Shown here: positions 9,902 through 19,483 of the stretch, piece after piece
How the letters are laid out: each line of letters begins with the position of its first letter
Numbering within the stretch: position 1 is the stretch's first letter
From: Myxococcales bacterium
GTDB taxonomy: Bacteria > Myxococcota_A > Polyangia > Polyangiales > JAFGIB01
Assembly: GCA_028817855.1 (NCBI GenBank)
Contig: JAPPOT010000083.1
Span: forward strand, 1-51,101
Reading direction: 5' to 3'
DNA length: 51,101 bases
The notes under the pieces: model-generated
Database searches by the model: none
Told to the model about the DNA's origin: nothing
What the model saw: only the letters and a program-made list of their open reading frames with translations
Program-made: the position numbers and the translations under genes

Positions 9902-10503
9902 CGCGGCGCGCCCTCGCGCAGGTGACGCGGCATCGCCATCTCCTCCTCCCGCTCCCGCTCCTGCTTTGCCGAGGGTCCGCGGCTGTCCGCGTCCTCGTCG
10001 GCCACGCCGGCCTCGGTCAGGTCGCTGTCGTAGAGCGCCATGTAGTCGGAGATCACCTCCTCGGGCAGCAGCTCGCCCTCGGGAGCGCCCACCTTGATCA
10101 CGTGCTTGCCCGAGACCCACAGGGCCCAGCGCTCGTCGTCGCCTCCGCTCAGCACCCACACGTAGCCGCCGCCGATCTCGCGTGTGCTCATCGTGTAGGT
10201 GTCCATCGCCTTGACCCGCTCGCGTACTTCCGCCGTGAGCGAGCGCGCCTTGGAGTAGACCGTGACGAAGGCGCTGGTGAAGGCCACCACGTTGCCGCGC
10301 GCGCGCCGCACGTAGGTGGCGGTGTGGCCCACCGCCGGATTGCCCTTCACCACGAATTCCACGTCGAGCGTCTTCTGGTAGCGCCTGTAGATGAAGTCGC
10401 CGCTGTCGCGCTCGATCACGTAACGCTTGGGGAGCGAGCTGCCGCAGCCCGCGAGACTGGCGATGAGGAGGAGCGAGGCGAGGCGGAAGGAGGGGGGCGT
10501 CAT
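9898..10503 (-). CDS. Hypothetical lipoprotein
   Basis: 201 aa with lipobox LAGC (LLLIASLAGCGSS). The start overlaps the stop of the upstream S66 peptidase gene (ATGA). Confidence 0.55.
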   Translation of the reverse strand: MTPPSFRLASLLLIASLAGCGSSLPKRYVIERDSGDFIYRRYQKTLDVEFVVKGNPAVGHTATYVRRARGNVVAFTSAFVTVYSKARSLTAEVRERVKAMDTYTMSTREIGGGYVWVLSGGDDERWALWVSGKHVIKVGAPEGELLPEEVISDYMALYDSDLTEAGVADEDADSRGPSAKQEREREEEMAMPRHLREGAPR

Positions 10504-11390
10504 GGTTCGAACGAAAGGATACCGCGCTCCGCGTCCACCACCGCCACCGTTCCGAGCGGGAGCTCCAGGTTGTCGTCTCCGTGGCCCGCCGGTACGCCCG
10601 CCAGCACCGGCACGCCGACGTCAGCGAGCCGCTCCCGCAGCACGTGCTCGATCTCGACGCCGTCGGGGCCCGCGCTGGCATCGGTGAAGGCGCCGAGCAC
10701 GATCGCGGCCGGGCGCGCGAGCCACCCCGCCTGGGCCATCGTGGTGAGCATGCGGTCGACGCGGTAGGGCCGCTCGCCCACGTCCTCCAGGAAGAGCACA
10801 CAGCCGTCGAGCGGGGGCGCGTGGGGCGTGCCGACCAGGGCCGCCAGGACCGCGAGGTTGCCGCCCAGGAGCGGTCCGCGCGCGTCGCCGGGCGCCACCG
10901 TCGACAGCCCACCGACCGGTTCCATCGCCTCGCCCTCCACCGCGCGGACCCAGCGGTCGAACATGCCGTCGTCGCCGCGCCCGAGCGCCGCGACCATCGG
11001 GCCGTGCACGGCGCCGAGTCCCGCCCGTGCCCACAGGGCGTGCAGCGCGGTGATGTCGCTGAAGCCGACCAGCAGCTTGGGGTGGTCGCGCACCGCCTGG
11101 ACCTCGAGTCGGTCGAGCAGCCGCGTGGCCCCGTATCCCCCACGCGCCGCCACGATCCCGCGCACGCTCGAGTCCTCGAGCGCGGCCACGAGCTCGCCGA
11201 GGCGGCGCTCGTCGTCGCCGGCCAGGTAGCCCGCCCGCTCTGTGATGCTCGCGTCGTGCACCACGTCGTAGCGCGTCGCCAGCCGCGCGACCCCGCGCTC
11301 GAAGTCCTCCACGGGGAACGGGCCGGACGGTGCGACCACCTGGATGCGGTCGCCAGCCCGCAGCCAGCGTGTGTCGAAGCGCGCCGTCAT
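10500..11390 (-). CDS. S66-family LD-carboxypeptidase (LdcA/MccF-like)
   Basis: 296 aa with GFSDITALH nucleophile motif and overall S66 layout. The start overlaps the stop of the KamA-like gene (ATGA). Confidence 0.75.
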   Translation of the reverse strand: MTARFDTRWLRAGDRIQVVAPSGPFPVEDFERGVARLATRYDVVHDASITERAGYLAGDDERRLGELVAALEDSSVRGIVAARGGYGATRLLDRLEVQAVRDHPKLLVGFSDITALHALWARAGLGAVHGPMVAALGRGDDGMFDRWVRAVEGEAMEPVGGLSTVAPGDARGPLLGGNLAVLAALVGTPHAPPLDGCVLFLEDVGERPYRVDRMLTTMAQAGWLARPAAIVLGAFTDASAGPDGVEIEHVLRERLADVGVPVLAGVPAGHGDDNLELPLGTVAVVDAERGILSFEP

Positions 11391-12526
11391 GTCAGCGTCG
11401 GTGGATCCAGGTAATCGACCAGTGTGCCGCGGTGCGTGCGCAGGGTGGTGACCCCGCCCTCCCGCGCGACGATGTAGTCGGGCCCGATCGGCACCTTGCC
11501 ATGGCCGCCCGGGGTATCGACGATCAGCTTTGGTAGGGCGATCCCGCTTACGCGTCCCTGCAGCGCGGCCATGAGCTCGATGCCGCGCCCCAGTGGCGTA
11601 CGCAGGTGCGCGCTGCCGCGCACCGGATCGGTCTGCAGCAGGTAGTAGGGACGCACCCTGTTGCGTACCAGCCCGCGGAAGAGGGCCTCGAGGGTCTCGG
11701 CGTCGTCGTTCACGCCGCGCAGTAGGACGCTCTGGTTCATCACCGGCACGCCTCCGTCGGCTAGCAGCGCGAGCGCGCGTCGCGACTCCGCGGTGAGCTC
11801 GCGCGGGTGATTGAAGTGCGTCATCAGCCAGGTCGCCGGGTGGATCCGCAGCGCCCGCACCAGCTCGGGTGTGATGCGCTGTGGCAGGGTCACCGGCGTG
11901 CGGCTCGCCACGCGCACGTAGTGCACGCTCTCGATCGCGGCGAGCTCGCCGAGCAGCAGGGCGACGCGCCCATCGCTCATCACCAGCGGGTCGCCGCCGC
12001 TGATGATCACGTCGACCACCTCCGGACAGCTGCGGATGTGGTCGAGCGCCGGCTGCAGATGGGCCAGGGGCTGGACGCCTCCGCCGGCGCCCACCATGCG
12101 CGAGCGGGTGCAGAAGCGGCAGTAGACCGAGCAGCGATCGGTCGCGAGCAGCAGCACCCGGTCCGGGTAGCGCTGCACCAGGTGCGGCGCCGCCATGTGG
12201 TCCTCCTCACCCAGAGGGTCGCGCAGGTCGCCTGCCGCCTCTTGCGCCTCCTCGATTCGCGGCACGCACTGGCGCCGGATCGGGCACGTCGGGTCCCGCC
12301 TGTCGCACAGGGCGAGGTAGTAGGGCGTGATCGACATGGGGAAACCCGCCTCGAGCGCGCGGAGCGCGCCGGCGCGCTCCGCGGGGCTGAGCTCCAGCGC
12401 GCCTTCCAGGCCCGCCAGATCAGTCACCGCCGAGCGCACCTGAGCGCCCCAAGGCTCGGTCGTCGTAAGCCGCCTGCCGGAGGGGTCGCGGGCAGCCGAA
12501 ATCGGGGCCGACATGGCACGCAGCAT
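11387..12526 (-). CDS. KamA-family radical SAM aminomutase (lysine 2,3-aminomutase / EpmB-like)
   Basis: 379 aa with CSVYCRFCTRS (CxxxCxxC) cluster motif and KamA-type flanking sequence. Confidence 0.75.
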   Translation of the reverse strand: MLRAMSAPISAARDPSGRRLTTTEPWGAQVRSAVTDLAGLEGALELSPAERAGALRALEAGFPMSITPYYLALCDRRDPTCPIRRQCVPRIEEAQEAAGDLRDPLGEEDHMAAPHLVQRYPDRVLLLATDRCSVYCRFCTRSRMVGAGGGVQPLAHLQPALDHIRSCPEVVDVIISGGDPLVMSDGRVALLLGELAAIESVHYVRVASRTPVTLPQRITPELVRALRIHPATWLMTHFNHPRELTAESRRALALLADGGVPVMNQSVLLRGVNDDAETLEALFRGLVRNRVRPYYLLQTDPVRGSAHLRTPLGRGIELMAALQGRVSGIALPKLIVDTPGGHGKVPIGPDYIVAREGGVTTLRTHRGTLVDYLDPPTLT

Positions 12527-12651
12527 AATGGTCGCGTTTTCACAGTAAAAGTGCTGGCGGCCCGCGAATTCAGTGGGGAAAGGCGGGAAAATGCGGTGGC
12601 GGCGAGCAGTCTGATCGTGTATCTCCCTCGCCAGCCGGAGGGTTGTTTCTT

Positions 12652-14427
12652 ATGTCCGCTGGAAGCTTGGACCCGCGTCCATTCGAGGTCCGCTACATCG
12701 ATAATCCGAGCCAGGCCGAGCTGCGCAAGCTCGCCCTCGCGCGCACGCCGTACGTGCTCGAGACGGCCGTCGGAAGCGTCAACAAGATCTCGCGCAACAA
12801 GGCGCGAATGGCCAAATTTACGTACATCGTCGCGGACGACAGCAGCAAGGACCGCTGGAACGCGAACACGATCGACCCGGCCAAGGGCCGCGAGCTAATC
12901 GAGCGCCAGCAGGCGTACATCGCCGAACAGGGCGAGCTGATCGCGATCGACGGCTACCTCGGCGTGGGGCCCAAGGCCCTGGGCTCGACCTGGCTCTACA
13001 CCCCGGAGGGCGCCAACATCGCGGGGATGCAGCAGATCCTGACGTTCCCCCGCGCCGACGTGGAGAGCGCGGAGCAGCTCGGCCAGCCCTTCCAGCCCAC
13101 CTTCCGCCTCATCTACACGCCCGACCTGATGCTCGACGACATGCCCGGCCGCCAGGCCATCATCGTCGACATGGACAACTGGACCACCCACGTGATGGGT
13201 GCGGACTATTTCGGCGAGTCCAAGAAGGGCGTGCTGCGCATGCTCAACGAGTACGTCTACCAGCAGGGTGGGCTCGTGCTCCACGCTGGCGCCAAGGCCG
13301 TCACACGCAAGGACGGCAGGCGCGTCACGATGACAGTGATGGGCCTGTCGGGCACCGGCAAGACCACCACCACGTTCTCGAAGCAGGGCGAGCTGGCCGA
13401 GCCGATTCAGGACGACATGGTCGCCCTGTGGCCCAACGGCGAGATCTCCATCACCGAGAACGGCTGCTTTGCCAAGACCGAGCGCCTCTCGGCCGAGGCC
13501 GAGCCGGTCATCCACGCCGGTACCGTCAGCGCCGACGCCTGGGTGGAGAACGCCTACCTCGACGAGGACGGCACGTTCGACTTCTTCAAGCTGGAGCTGT
13601 CGCCGCAGGAGGTGAAGCGCTACCGCGACACGCTGATCGGCACCGGCGCGCCCGCGGAGAACGTCGACAAGTACATCAGCGGCGAGGTGAAGTTCGACGA
13701 GGTTGTCGAGAACGAGATCCCCGAGGACGGCTGGGACTTCGTGATCTGGAGCCAGAACGGCCGCTCGATCATCCCGATGAGCGCGATCCCCGGCGCCGCC
13801 GATCTGAAGACCATCCCCGCGGTGCAGTCGATGGGCATCCTGAACCGTGACGAGGGTCCGGACGCCGCCACGCCCGGTATCGTGCGCTTCACGTCGCCCG
13901 AGCAGGCCGCCGGATTCTTCATGCTCGGCGAGACCTCCAAGACGAGCGCCGCCGGCAAGGACCGCGGCAAGACCCGCTCGCCCTTTACCCAGCCCTTCTA
14001 CCCCGGGCAGCACGGCCAGCAGGCCAAGCGCTTCAGCGAGCTGGCCGCGACCATGGGTGGCGTGACCATGTGGCTGATGAACACCGGCTACATCGGCGGC
14101 GACGGCGCCGATGTGAAGGACGGCAAGGCCCTCAAAGTCAAGATCGCCCACTCCAGCGCCATGCTCGAGGGTTTGCTTGGCGAGAACATCAAGTGGGCCC
14201 GCGATCCGGACTTCGGCTACGAGGTCGTGGACGTGGACGCTTCCGAGAACGCGGACCTGGTGAAGGTCGTGCCGGTCGAGATCCTCCAGCCCCGGCGCTA
14301 CTACGAGGCCAACGGCCGCAGCGACGAGTACCGCGCCTGGGTCGACAAGATGATGACCGAGCGCCGCGCCTTCCTCGAGAAGTACGAGGTCGACCCGGCG
14401 ATCATCTCGGCAACCGCGCCGAAGTGA
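12652..14427 (+). CDS. pckA: Phosphoenolpyruvate carboxykinase (ATP)
   Basis: 591 aa from ATG 12652 (the track ORF begins at TTG 12643). GGAGGG lies about 10 nt upstream. P-loop GLSGTGKTT and PEPCK-ATP family layout. Confidence 0.9.
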   Translation: MSAGSLDPRPFEVRYIDNPSQAELRKLALARTPYVLETAVGSVNKISRNKARMAKFTYIVADDSSKDRWNANTIDPAKGRELIERQQAYIAEQGELIAIDGYLGVGPKALGSTWLYTPEGANIAGMQQILTFPRADVESAEQLGQPFQPTFRLIYTPDLMLDDMPGRQAIIVDMDNWTTHVMGADYFGESKKGVLRMLNEYVYQQGGLVLHAGAKAVTRKDGRRVTMTVMGLSGTGKTTTTFSKQGELAEPIQDDMVALWPNGEISITENGCFAKTERLSAEAEPVIHAGTVSADAWVENAYLDEDGTFDFFKLELSPQEVKRYRDTLIGTGAPAENVDKYISGEVKFDEVVENEIPEDGWDFVIWSQNGRSIIPMSAIPGAADLKTIPAVQSMGILNRDEGPDAATPGIVRFTSPEQAAGFFMLGETSKTSAAGKDRGKTRSPFTQPFYPGQHGQQAKRFSELAATMGGVTMWLMNTGYIGGDGADVKDGKALKVKIAHSSAMLEGLLGENIKWARDPDFGYEVVDVDASENADLVKVVPVEILQPRRYYEANGRSDEYRAWVDKMMTERRAFLEKYEVDPAIISATAPK

Positions 14428-15452
14428 TCAAGTACATCGGCTCCAAGCGCCTGTTGGTCGAGCAGATCTCGACCATCATCGGGCGCCTGGCCGACGTACG
14501 CACCGTCCTAGACCTCTTCAGCGGTACCGCCCGCGTGGGGCACGCGCTCAAGCAGCGCGGCTACCACGTGACCGCCAACGACCACACGACCTACGCGCAC
14601 CGGTTGGCCCAGTGCTACGTGCAGGCCGACCGGGCGCACTGGCATGCACAGGCCAGCGCGCTGATCGCCGAGCTGGGCCAGGTGCCCGCGCAGGCGGGCT
14701 ACTTCACCCAGACCTTCTGCGTCGACTCGCGCTACTTCCAGCCCCAAAACGGCGCGCGCGTGGACGCCATTCGCGAGCGCATCGCGGAGCTCGCCCTGCC
14801 GGAAGAACTCGAGGCGGTCGCGCTGGTCTCGCTGATGGAGGCCGCCGACCGGGTGGACTCCACGGTGGGGTTGCAGATGGCCTACCTGAAGAAGTGGGCT
14901 CCGCGCGCGTTCAACGAGCTCGAGCTGCGCGTGCCGGAGCTCGTGGGCGGCCCGGGGCAGGCGCTGCAGCTGGATGCGCTCGAGTGCTTTCGCGCGGGCA
15001 GCTACGACGTGGTCTACCTGGATCCGCCCTACAACCAGCACAAGTACATGAACAACTACCACGTGTGGGAGTCGCTCATGCGCTGGGACAAGCCCGCGAC
15101 CTACGGCGTCGCCAACAAGCGCGTCGACTGCCGCGAGTACGACAGCCCCTTCAACTCCAAGCCGCGCATCGCGCCGGCCTTCGCGGAGCTGATCGAGGCG
15201 GTGCGCGCGCGCTACCTCTTGGTCTCCTTCAACAACGAGGGCTACCTGGCCGAAGAGCAGCTGCGCGAGATGCTCTCGGCCCGCGGACAGGTGCAGGTGC
15301 TCAGCGTCGCCTTCAAGCGCTACGTCGGCGCCCAGATCGGCATCTACAACCCGAACGGCGAGAAGACCGGCAAGGTGAGCCACCTGGACAACAAGGAGCT
15401 GCTCTACCTGGTCGACTGCGAGGGCGCGGGCATGCCGGAGCTCGGCGGCTGA
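14424..15452 (+). CDS. D12-class N6-adenine DNA methyltransferase (Dam family), apparently orphan
   Basis: 342 aa from GTG 14424, which overlaps the pckA TGA (GTGA). N-terminal IKYIGSKR, AdoMet motif LDLFSGTARVG, catalytic LDPPYN. No nuclease gene is adjacent. Confidence 0.75.
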   Translation: MIKYIGSKRLLVEQISTIIGRLADVRTVLDLFSGTARVGHALKQRGYHVTANDHTTYAHRLAQCYVQADRAHWHAQASALIAELGQVPAQAGYFTQTFCVDSRYFQPQNGARVDAIRERIAELALPEELEAVALVSLMEAADRVDSTVGLQMAYLKKWAPRAFNELELRVPELVGGPGQALQLDALECFRAGSYDVVYLDPPYNQHKYMNNYHVWESLMRWDKPATYGVANKRVDCREYDSPFNSKPRIAPAFAELIEAVRARYLLVSFNNEGYLAEEQLREMLSARGQVQVLSVAFKRYVGAQIGIYNPNGEKTGKVSHLDNKELLYLVDCEGAGMPELGG

Positions 15453-15536
15453 GGATTTGGGCATTGATCCCAGACGGTTACGCCCCACCGCCCGGGGACT
15501 GGCGGATCGCGTCGGGATGACCCAACAATTCCCGAA

Positions 15537-17300
15537 GTGATCGACTCGATGCCAATCGGCGAGCGCGAGCCGCGCAACACACCCAGCTCGGGCTTCACGC
15601 GGGAGCGCCTGGAGTGGCTGATCCAGCTGCGCTGGCTCGCCCTGCTCGGGATCGTGATCGCGGCGCTGATGACGGTCCTGGGGGCGTTCCCCGGCGTGAA
15701 CTGGCAGGTGCTGGTCGGCACCGCAGCCGGCGTCGCGGTCTACAACTTCATCATGTGGCGCGAGCTGCGCGGTGGGCAGGTCGCCACCGACCAGCGCTCG
15801 GCGATGTACCAGGCGGTGATCGACTTCCTGACGCTCACCATCGTCCTGTGGGCCGCCGGCGGCCTCGAGTCCCCGTTCATCAGCTTCTACGTCTTCCATG
15901 TCGCGCTCGTCGGCATCCTCTCCGGTCCGCGCGCGACCCTGGTGGCGGGTGGGTTGGCGCTCGCCTGTGCCGGCATGCTGTGGCTGACCGAGATGGTGCC
16001 TGCCTTGCGCATCGGTGAGTGGCGACCGGCGGGCTACTGGGACCCCTTCGCCAACGCCGTCGCCTTCGTCGCGACCGTGGGCGCGGTCGCCTATCTCGTG
16101 CTGCACGCCGTGGGCGAGCTGCGCGACCGCGAGCGCGCCGTCGAGGAGGCGCGCGATCGTGCCGAGCTCGAGTACGAGCTGCTCAGCAACACTCTCGACG
16201 AGCTCGACGCGGGCCTCGAGGTGCTCGACGCCGACCACAAGCTGGTGTGGCGCAACCGCCTGGCCAAGCGCCTGGTGCCGCGCATCGACAGCGGCGAGCA
16301 GTGGCGCTGCCCGGGCTGGGACAAGCCGTGCGAGCGCGATGCCTCCGGGCTGTGTCCAATCAACCGCTCCTTCCGGCTCGGCGAGGCCGGCCGCTGCCGC
16401 TTCGCGATGGATGACGGCGGACCAGAGCGCGTCTACGAGCTCCTATCCTTCCCACTCTCGAGCGACCAGGGCGGCAACGCGCGCGTCATGAACCTCTACC
16501 TGGACCGCACCGGCGCCACCCTGGCGGAGCGCCAGCTGGTGCTGGCCGAGCGCCTGGCGAGCCTGGGCCGCGTCGCCCAGGGGGTCGCTCACGAGCTCAA
16601 CACGCCGCTGGCCACCATCCGCACGCTGGCCGCCGACATGGGGGTGGCACTGCAGGGGTTGGAGGCGCAGGCCGCTGGCGACGGAGCGGCCCTGGCCAAG
16701 GACGTGAGCGAGTCCGCCTCGCTCATCAAGGACGAGACCGCGCGGCTGGGGCGCATCACCCAGGCCCTGCTTGCGGGCGGCGACCTGGTGCGCCTGCGCA
16801 TCGTCGGTGCCGTGCCCTTGGCGGCCGTGGTGGAGCGCGCCCGGGCGCTCGTATTCGCGGGGATGCGAAGCGGCCCGGAGATCGTGCTCGACCGGAGCCT
16901 GGACTCGGTGCGCATGCGCTGCGACCAGGACCGGTTGGTGCAGGTGCTGGTCAACCTGCTGCAGAACGCCCACGACGCGCTGAGCGAGGGGGAGGGCGGC
17001 GAGGTGCGGATCTGGGCCGTGCTCGACGGCGAGGGCGGCGTGCGCCTGCGCGTGGACGACGACGGCCCGGGCATCGATGACGCAGTCCGGGGGCGCCTGT
17101 TCGAGCCCTTCACCACGACCAAGCCGCCGGGGCGCGGCACGGGCCTGGGACTCTACACCTCGTACATGCTGATCGAGGCGATGCACGGCAAGCTCACCCT
17201 CGAGGCCCGGCCGGCGGGCGGAACGCGTGCCGAGATCCACCTGCCCCTCGACAGCGCGGGCACGGCCGAGCATGCTGCCGGCGGAGCCGGAGCCGTCTGA
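15537..17300 (+). CDS. Membrane sensor histidine kinase with a 4-Cys PAS-like domain
   Basis: 587 aa (GTG 15537; alternative ATG 15549). N-terminal TM bundle, H-box HELNTPLA, N-box LLQNAHDA, G1 DDDGPGI, G2 GRGTGLGL. Confidence 0.85.
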   Translation: MIDSMPIGEREPRNTPSSGFTRERLEWLIQLRWLALLGIVIAALMTVLGAFPGVNWQVLVGTAAGVAVYNFIMWRELRGGQVATDQRSAMYQAVIDFLTLTIVLWAAGGLESPFISFYVFHVALVGILSGPRATLVAGGLALACAGMLWLTEMVPALRIGEWRPAGYWDPFANAVAFVATVGAVAYLVLHAVGELRDRERAVEEARDRAELEYELLSNTLDELDAGLEVLDADHKLVWRNRLAKRLVPRIDSGEQWRCPGWDKPCERDASGLCPINRSFRLGEAGRCRFAMDDGGPERVYELLSFPLSSDQGGNARVMNLYLDRTGATLAERQLVLAERLASLGRVAQGVAHELNTPLATIRTLAADMGVALQGLEAQAAGDGAALAKDVSESASLIKDETARLGRITQALLAGGDLVRLRIVGAVPLAAVVERARALVFAGMRSGPEIVLDRSLDSVRMRCDQDRLVQVLVNLLQNAHDALSEGEGGEVRIWAVLDGEGGVRLRVDDDGPGIDDAVRGRLFEPFTTTKPPGRGTGLGLYTSYMLIEAMHGKLTLEARPAGGTRAEIHLPLDSAGTAEHAAGGAGAV

Positions 17301-18637
17301 TGGCAGAGACCGACCGGGTGTTGGTGATCGACGACGACGCGGCCTTCCGCTTCGCGATGGTCAAGGCGCTGTCGCGCCATGGCTTCGAGGTGAGCGAGGC
17401 CGACGGGGGCGAGAGCGCCCTGCGGGTGCTGTCCGGTCCGCAGCCCCCCGACGCGGCCCTGCTCGATCTGCGCATGGGCGGTATCGATGGGCTCGAGGTG
17501 CTCAAGCGCATTCCCAACGCGCCCACGCGTACGATCGTGCTGACCGGGCACGGCAGTGTAGAGGCTGCGGTCGAGGCGATGCGCCTGGGCGCCTTCTCCT
17601 TCCTGGAGAAGCCGGTCGACGCGGAGGTCCTGGCCCCCCTGCTGGCGGAAGCGGTCTCCGAGAGTCGGCGCGCGCGCTCGGGGCTGGCGCGGATGGACGT
17701 GCCGCCGATCGTGGGCGGCAGCGCCGTGATCGAGGAGGTGCGCAAGTTCGTGGCGCGCGCCGGCCCGAGCGAGGAGATCGTCGCGCTCTACGGTGAGACC
17801 GGCACCGGCAAGGAGGTGGTGGCGCGGCACCTGCACCTGGCCAGTCCGCGCGCCGAGGGACCGTTTGTCGCGCTCAACGCGGCATGTGTGCAGCGCGACC
17901 TGTTCGAGAGCGAGCTCTTCGGCCACCGCAAGGGCGCCTTCACCGGCGCCACGGACAACCACCCGGGCATGTTCGGCGAGGCCCAGGCGGGCAGCCTGTT
18001 CATCGACGAGGTCGCGGAGCTTCCGCCTGACACGCAGGCCAAGCTCTTGCGTGCGCTCGAGAGCGGCAAGGTCCGGCCCGTGGGCGCGCCCCGCGAGCAC
18101 GACGTGGACGTGCGCATCATCGCTGCCACCAATCGTGACCTGTGGCAGGAGGTGCAGCAGGGGAGCTTCCGCGAGGACCTCTACTTCCGGCTGCAGGTCC
18201 TGCCGCTCGTGCTGCCGCCGCTGCGCGAGCGGGCGGCGGACATCCCTGTGCTCGCCGAGCACCTGCTCGAGCGCATCGGCCGCCCGGGCTCGCGCATCGG
18301 CGAGGGCGCGCGGGAGCTGATGATGGCCTACGAGTGGCCAGGCAACGTCCGCGAGCTGCTCAATGTGCTGCGGCGGGCGGTGCTCTTCGCGGACGGGCCC
18401 GAGCTCGATGCGGACCTGATGCGCCGCATGCTCGCAGCCAGTGTCTTCGGCCACAGCGCGGGGCGGGCCAGCAAGCCGCAGGCCCCGCCCGGCGATGCGC
18501 CCACCAGCCTGGCGGAGGTCGAGCGCGCGCACATCCAGCGCGTGCTGGCCCAGCTCGACGGCAACGTGACCAAGGCCGCCAGTGCCCTGGGCATCGACCG
18601 CCGCACCCTCCAGCGCAAGCTCAAGGACTTCGAGTAG
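17300..18637 (+). CDS. Sigma-54-dependent response regulator (NtrC family)
   Basis: 445 aa. The ATG overlaps the kinase stop. REC domain (VLVIDDD...LLDLRMGG), AAA+ GETGTGKEV, GAFTGA loop, C-terminal Fis-type HTH. Confidence 0.9.
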   Translation: MAETDRVLVIDDDAAFRFAMVKALSRHGFEVSEADGGESALRVLSGPQPPDAALLDLRMGGIDGLEVLKRIPNAPTRTIVLTGHGSVEAAVEAMRLGAFSFLEKPVDAEVLAPLLAEAVSESRRARSGLARMDVPPIVGGSAVIEEVRKFVARAGPSEEIVALYGETGTGKEVVARHLHLASPRAEGPFVALNAACVQRDLFESELFGHRKGAFTGATDNHPGMFGEAQAGSLFIDEVAELPPDTQAKLLRALESGKVRPVGAPREHDVDVRIIAATNRDLWQEVQQGSFREDLYFRLQVLPLVLPPLRERAADIPVLAEHLLERIGRPGSRIGEGARELMMAYEWPGNVRELLNVLRRAVLFADGPELDADLMRRMLAASVFGHSAGRASKPQAPPGDAPTSLAEVERAHIQRVLAQLDGNVTKAASALGIDRRTLQRKLKDFE

Positions 18638-18642
18638 CGACG

Positions 18643-19440
18643 CTAGGCGACCAGCGCGTCGCGGATCTTGTCCTTGGCGCGGGTCTCGAGCTGCCGCACG
18701 CGCTCGCGGCTGACGCCGATGCGCTTGCCGAGTTGCTCGAGGGTGGCCGGCTCCTCGGTCATCATGCGCGCGCGTACGATGCGCCTTTCCCGATCGGAGA
18801 GGGTGTCCAGAGCGCCGCCCACGAGCTTCTGCCGGCCTTCCTCTTCCTCGCGCGCGCACAGCACCTCCTCCGGCGAGGGGGTCTCGGCGCGCAGGTGCTC
18901 GCGGGGGGGGGCCGCGCCGGCTCGGGTCGTGTGGTCCAGGGAGCGGTCGGAGCTCTTCAGCAGCGGCCACAGCATCTGGCAGCGGGCCAGCGGCATGCCG
19001 CTGTGCTCGGCGAGCTCCTCCACCGTGTCGATCGCGGTCGAGCGGAAGGCGCGCATCGCGCGGCGCTCGGTGCGCGTGGTGCCCAGGCGCACAATGCGGT
19101 AGCCGCGCACCACGTAGTCGCGGATCTCCGCGCGGATCCAGTAGGCCGCGTAGGTTCGCAGGCTGGTCTTCTGGCTCGGGTCGAATCGCTCGGCAGCCTT
19201 CAGCAAGCCGATGTTGCCCTGCTGGACCAGATCGTCCAGCGGCACTCCCCAGCGACGGTACTCGCGCGCGATCGCGATCACGTGCTTGAGGTTGCTCTCG
19301 ATCAGTCGGTCGCCCGCACGGCGATTACCTTTCTTCCAAGCAATGGCCAGGGCGGCTTCCCCGTCTGAGTCGAGTGTTTCGATGTTCGCAACGCGCGCTT
19401 TGTACAGCGCGAAGCGGCTCTCGTGGCCCGCAGGGTCCAT
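18643..19440 (-). CDS. Sigma-70 family sigma factor, RpoH-like (group 3)
   Basis: 265 aa. Region 2 DLVQQGNIGLLKAAERFDP, RpoH-box-like YAAYWIRAEIRDYVVRGYRIVRLGTT, region 4 HTH LEQLGKRIGVSRERVRQLE. Confidence 0.8.
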   Translation of the reverse strand: MDPAGHESRFALYKARVANIETLDSDGEAALAIAWKKGNRRAGDRLIESNLKHVIAIAREYRRWGVPLDDLVQQGNIGLLKAAERFDPSQKTSLRTYAAYWIRAEIRDYVVRGYRIVRLGTTRTERRAMRAFRSTAIDTVEELAEHSGMPLARCQMLWPLLKSSDRSLDHTTRAGAAPPREHLRAETPSPEEVLCAREEEEGRQKLVGGALDTLSDRERRIVRARMMTEEPATLEQLGKRIGVSRERVRQLETRAKDKIRDALVA

Positions 19441-19467
19441 GTGTAGCCTCCTACGGTCAGCGCTGAC

Positions 19468-19483
19468 TGCAGGAAGTGTGCCC
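19468..19483 (-). promoter_or_regulatory. Sigma-54-type -24/-12 promoter element upstream of the RpoH-like sigma gene
   Basis: The minus strand reads GGGCAC-ACTTC-CTGCA with canonical GG-N10-GC spacing. It lies about 28 nt upstream of the start codon at 19440 and is followed by the palindrome GTCAGCGCTGAC (19456-19467). Confidence 0.45.
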
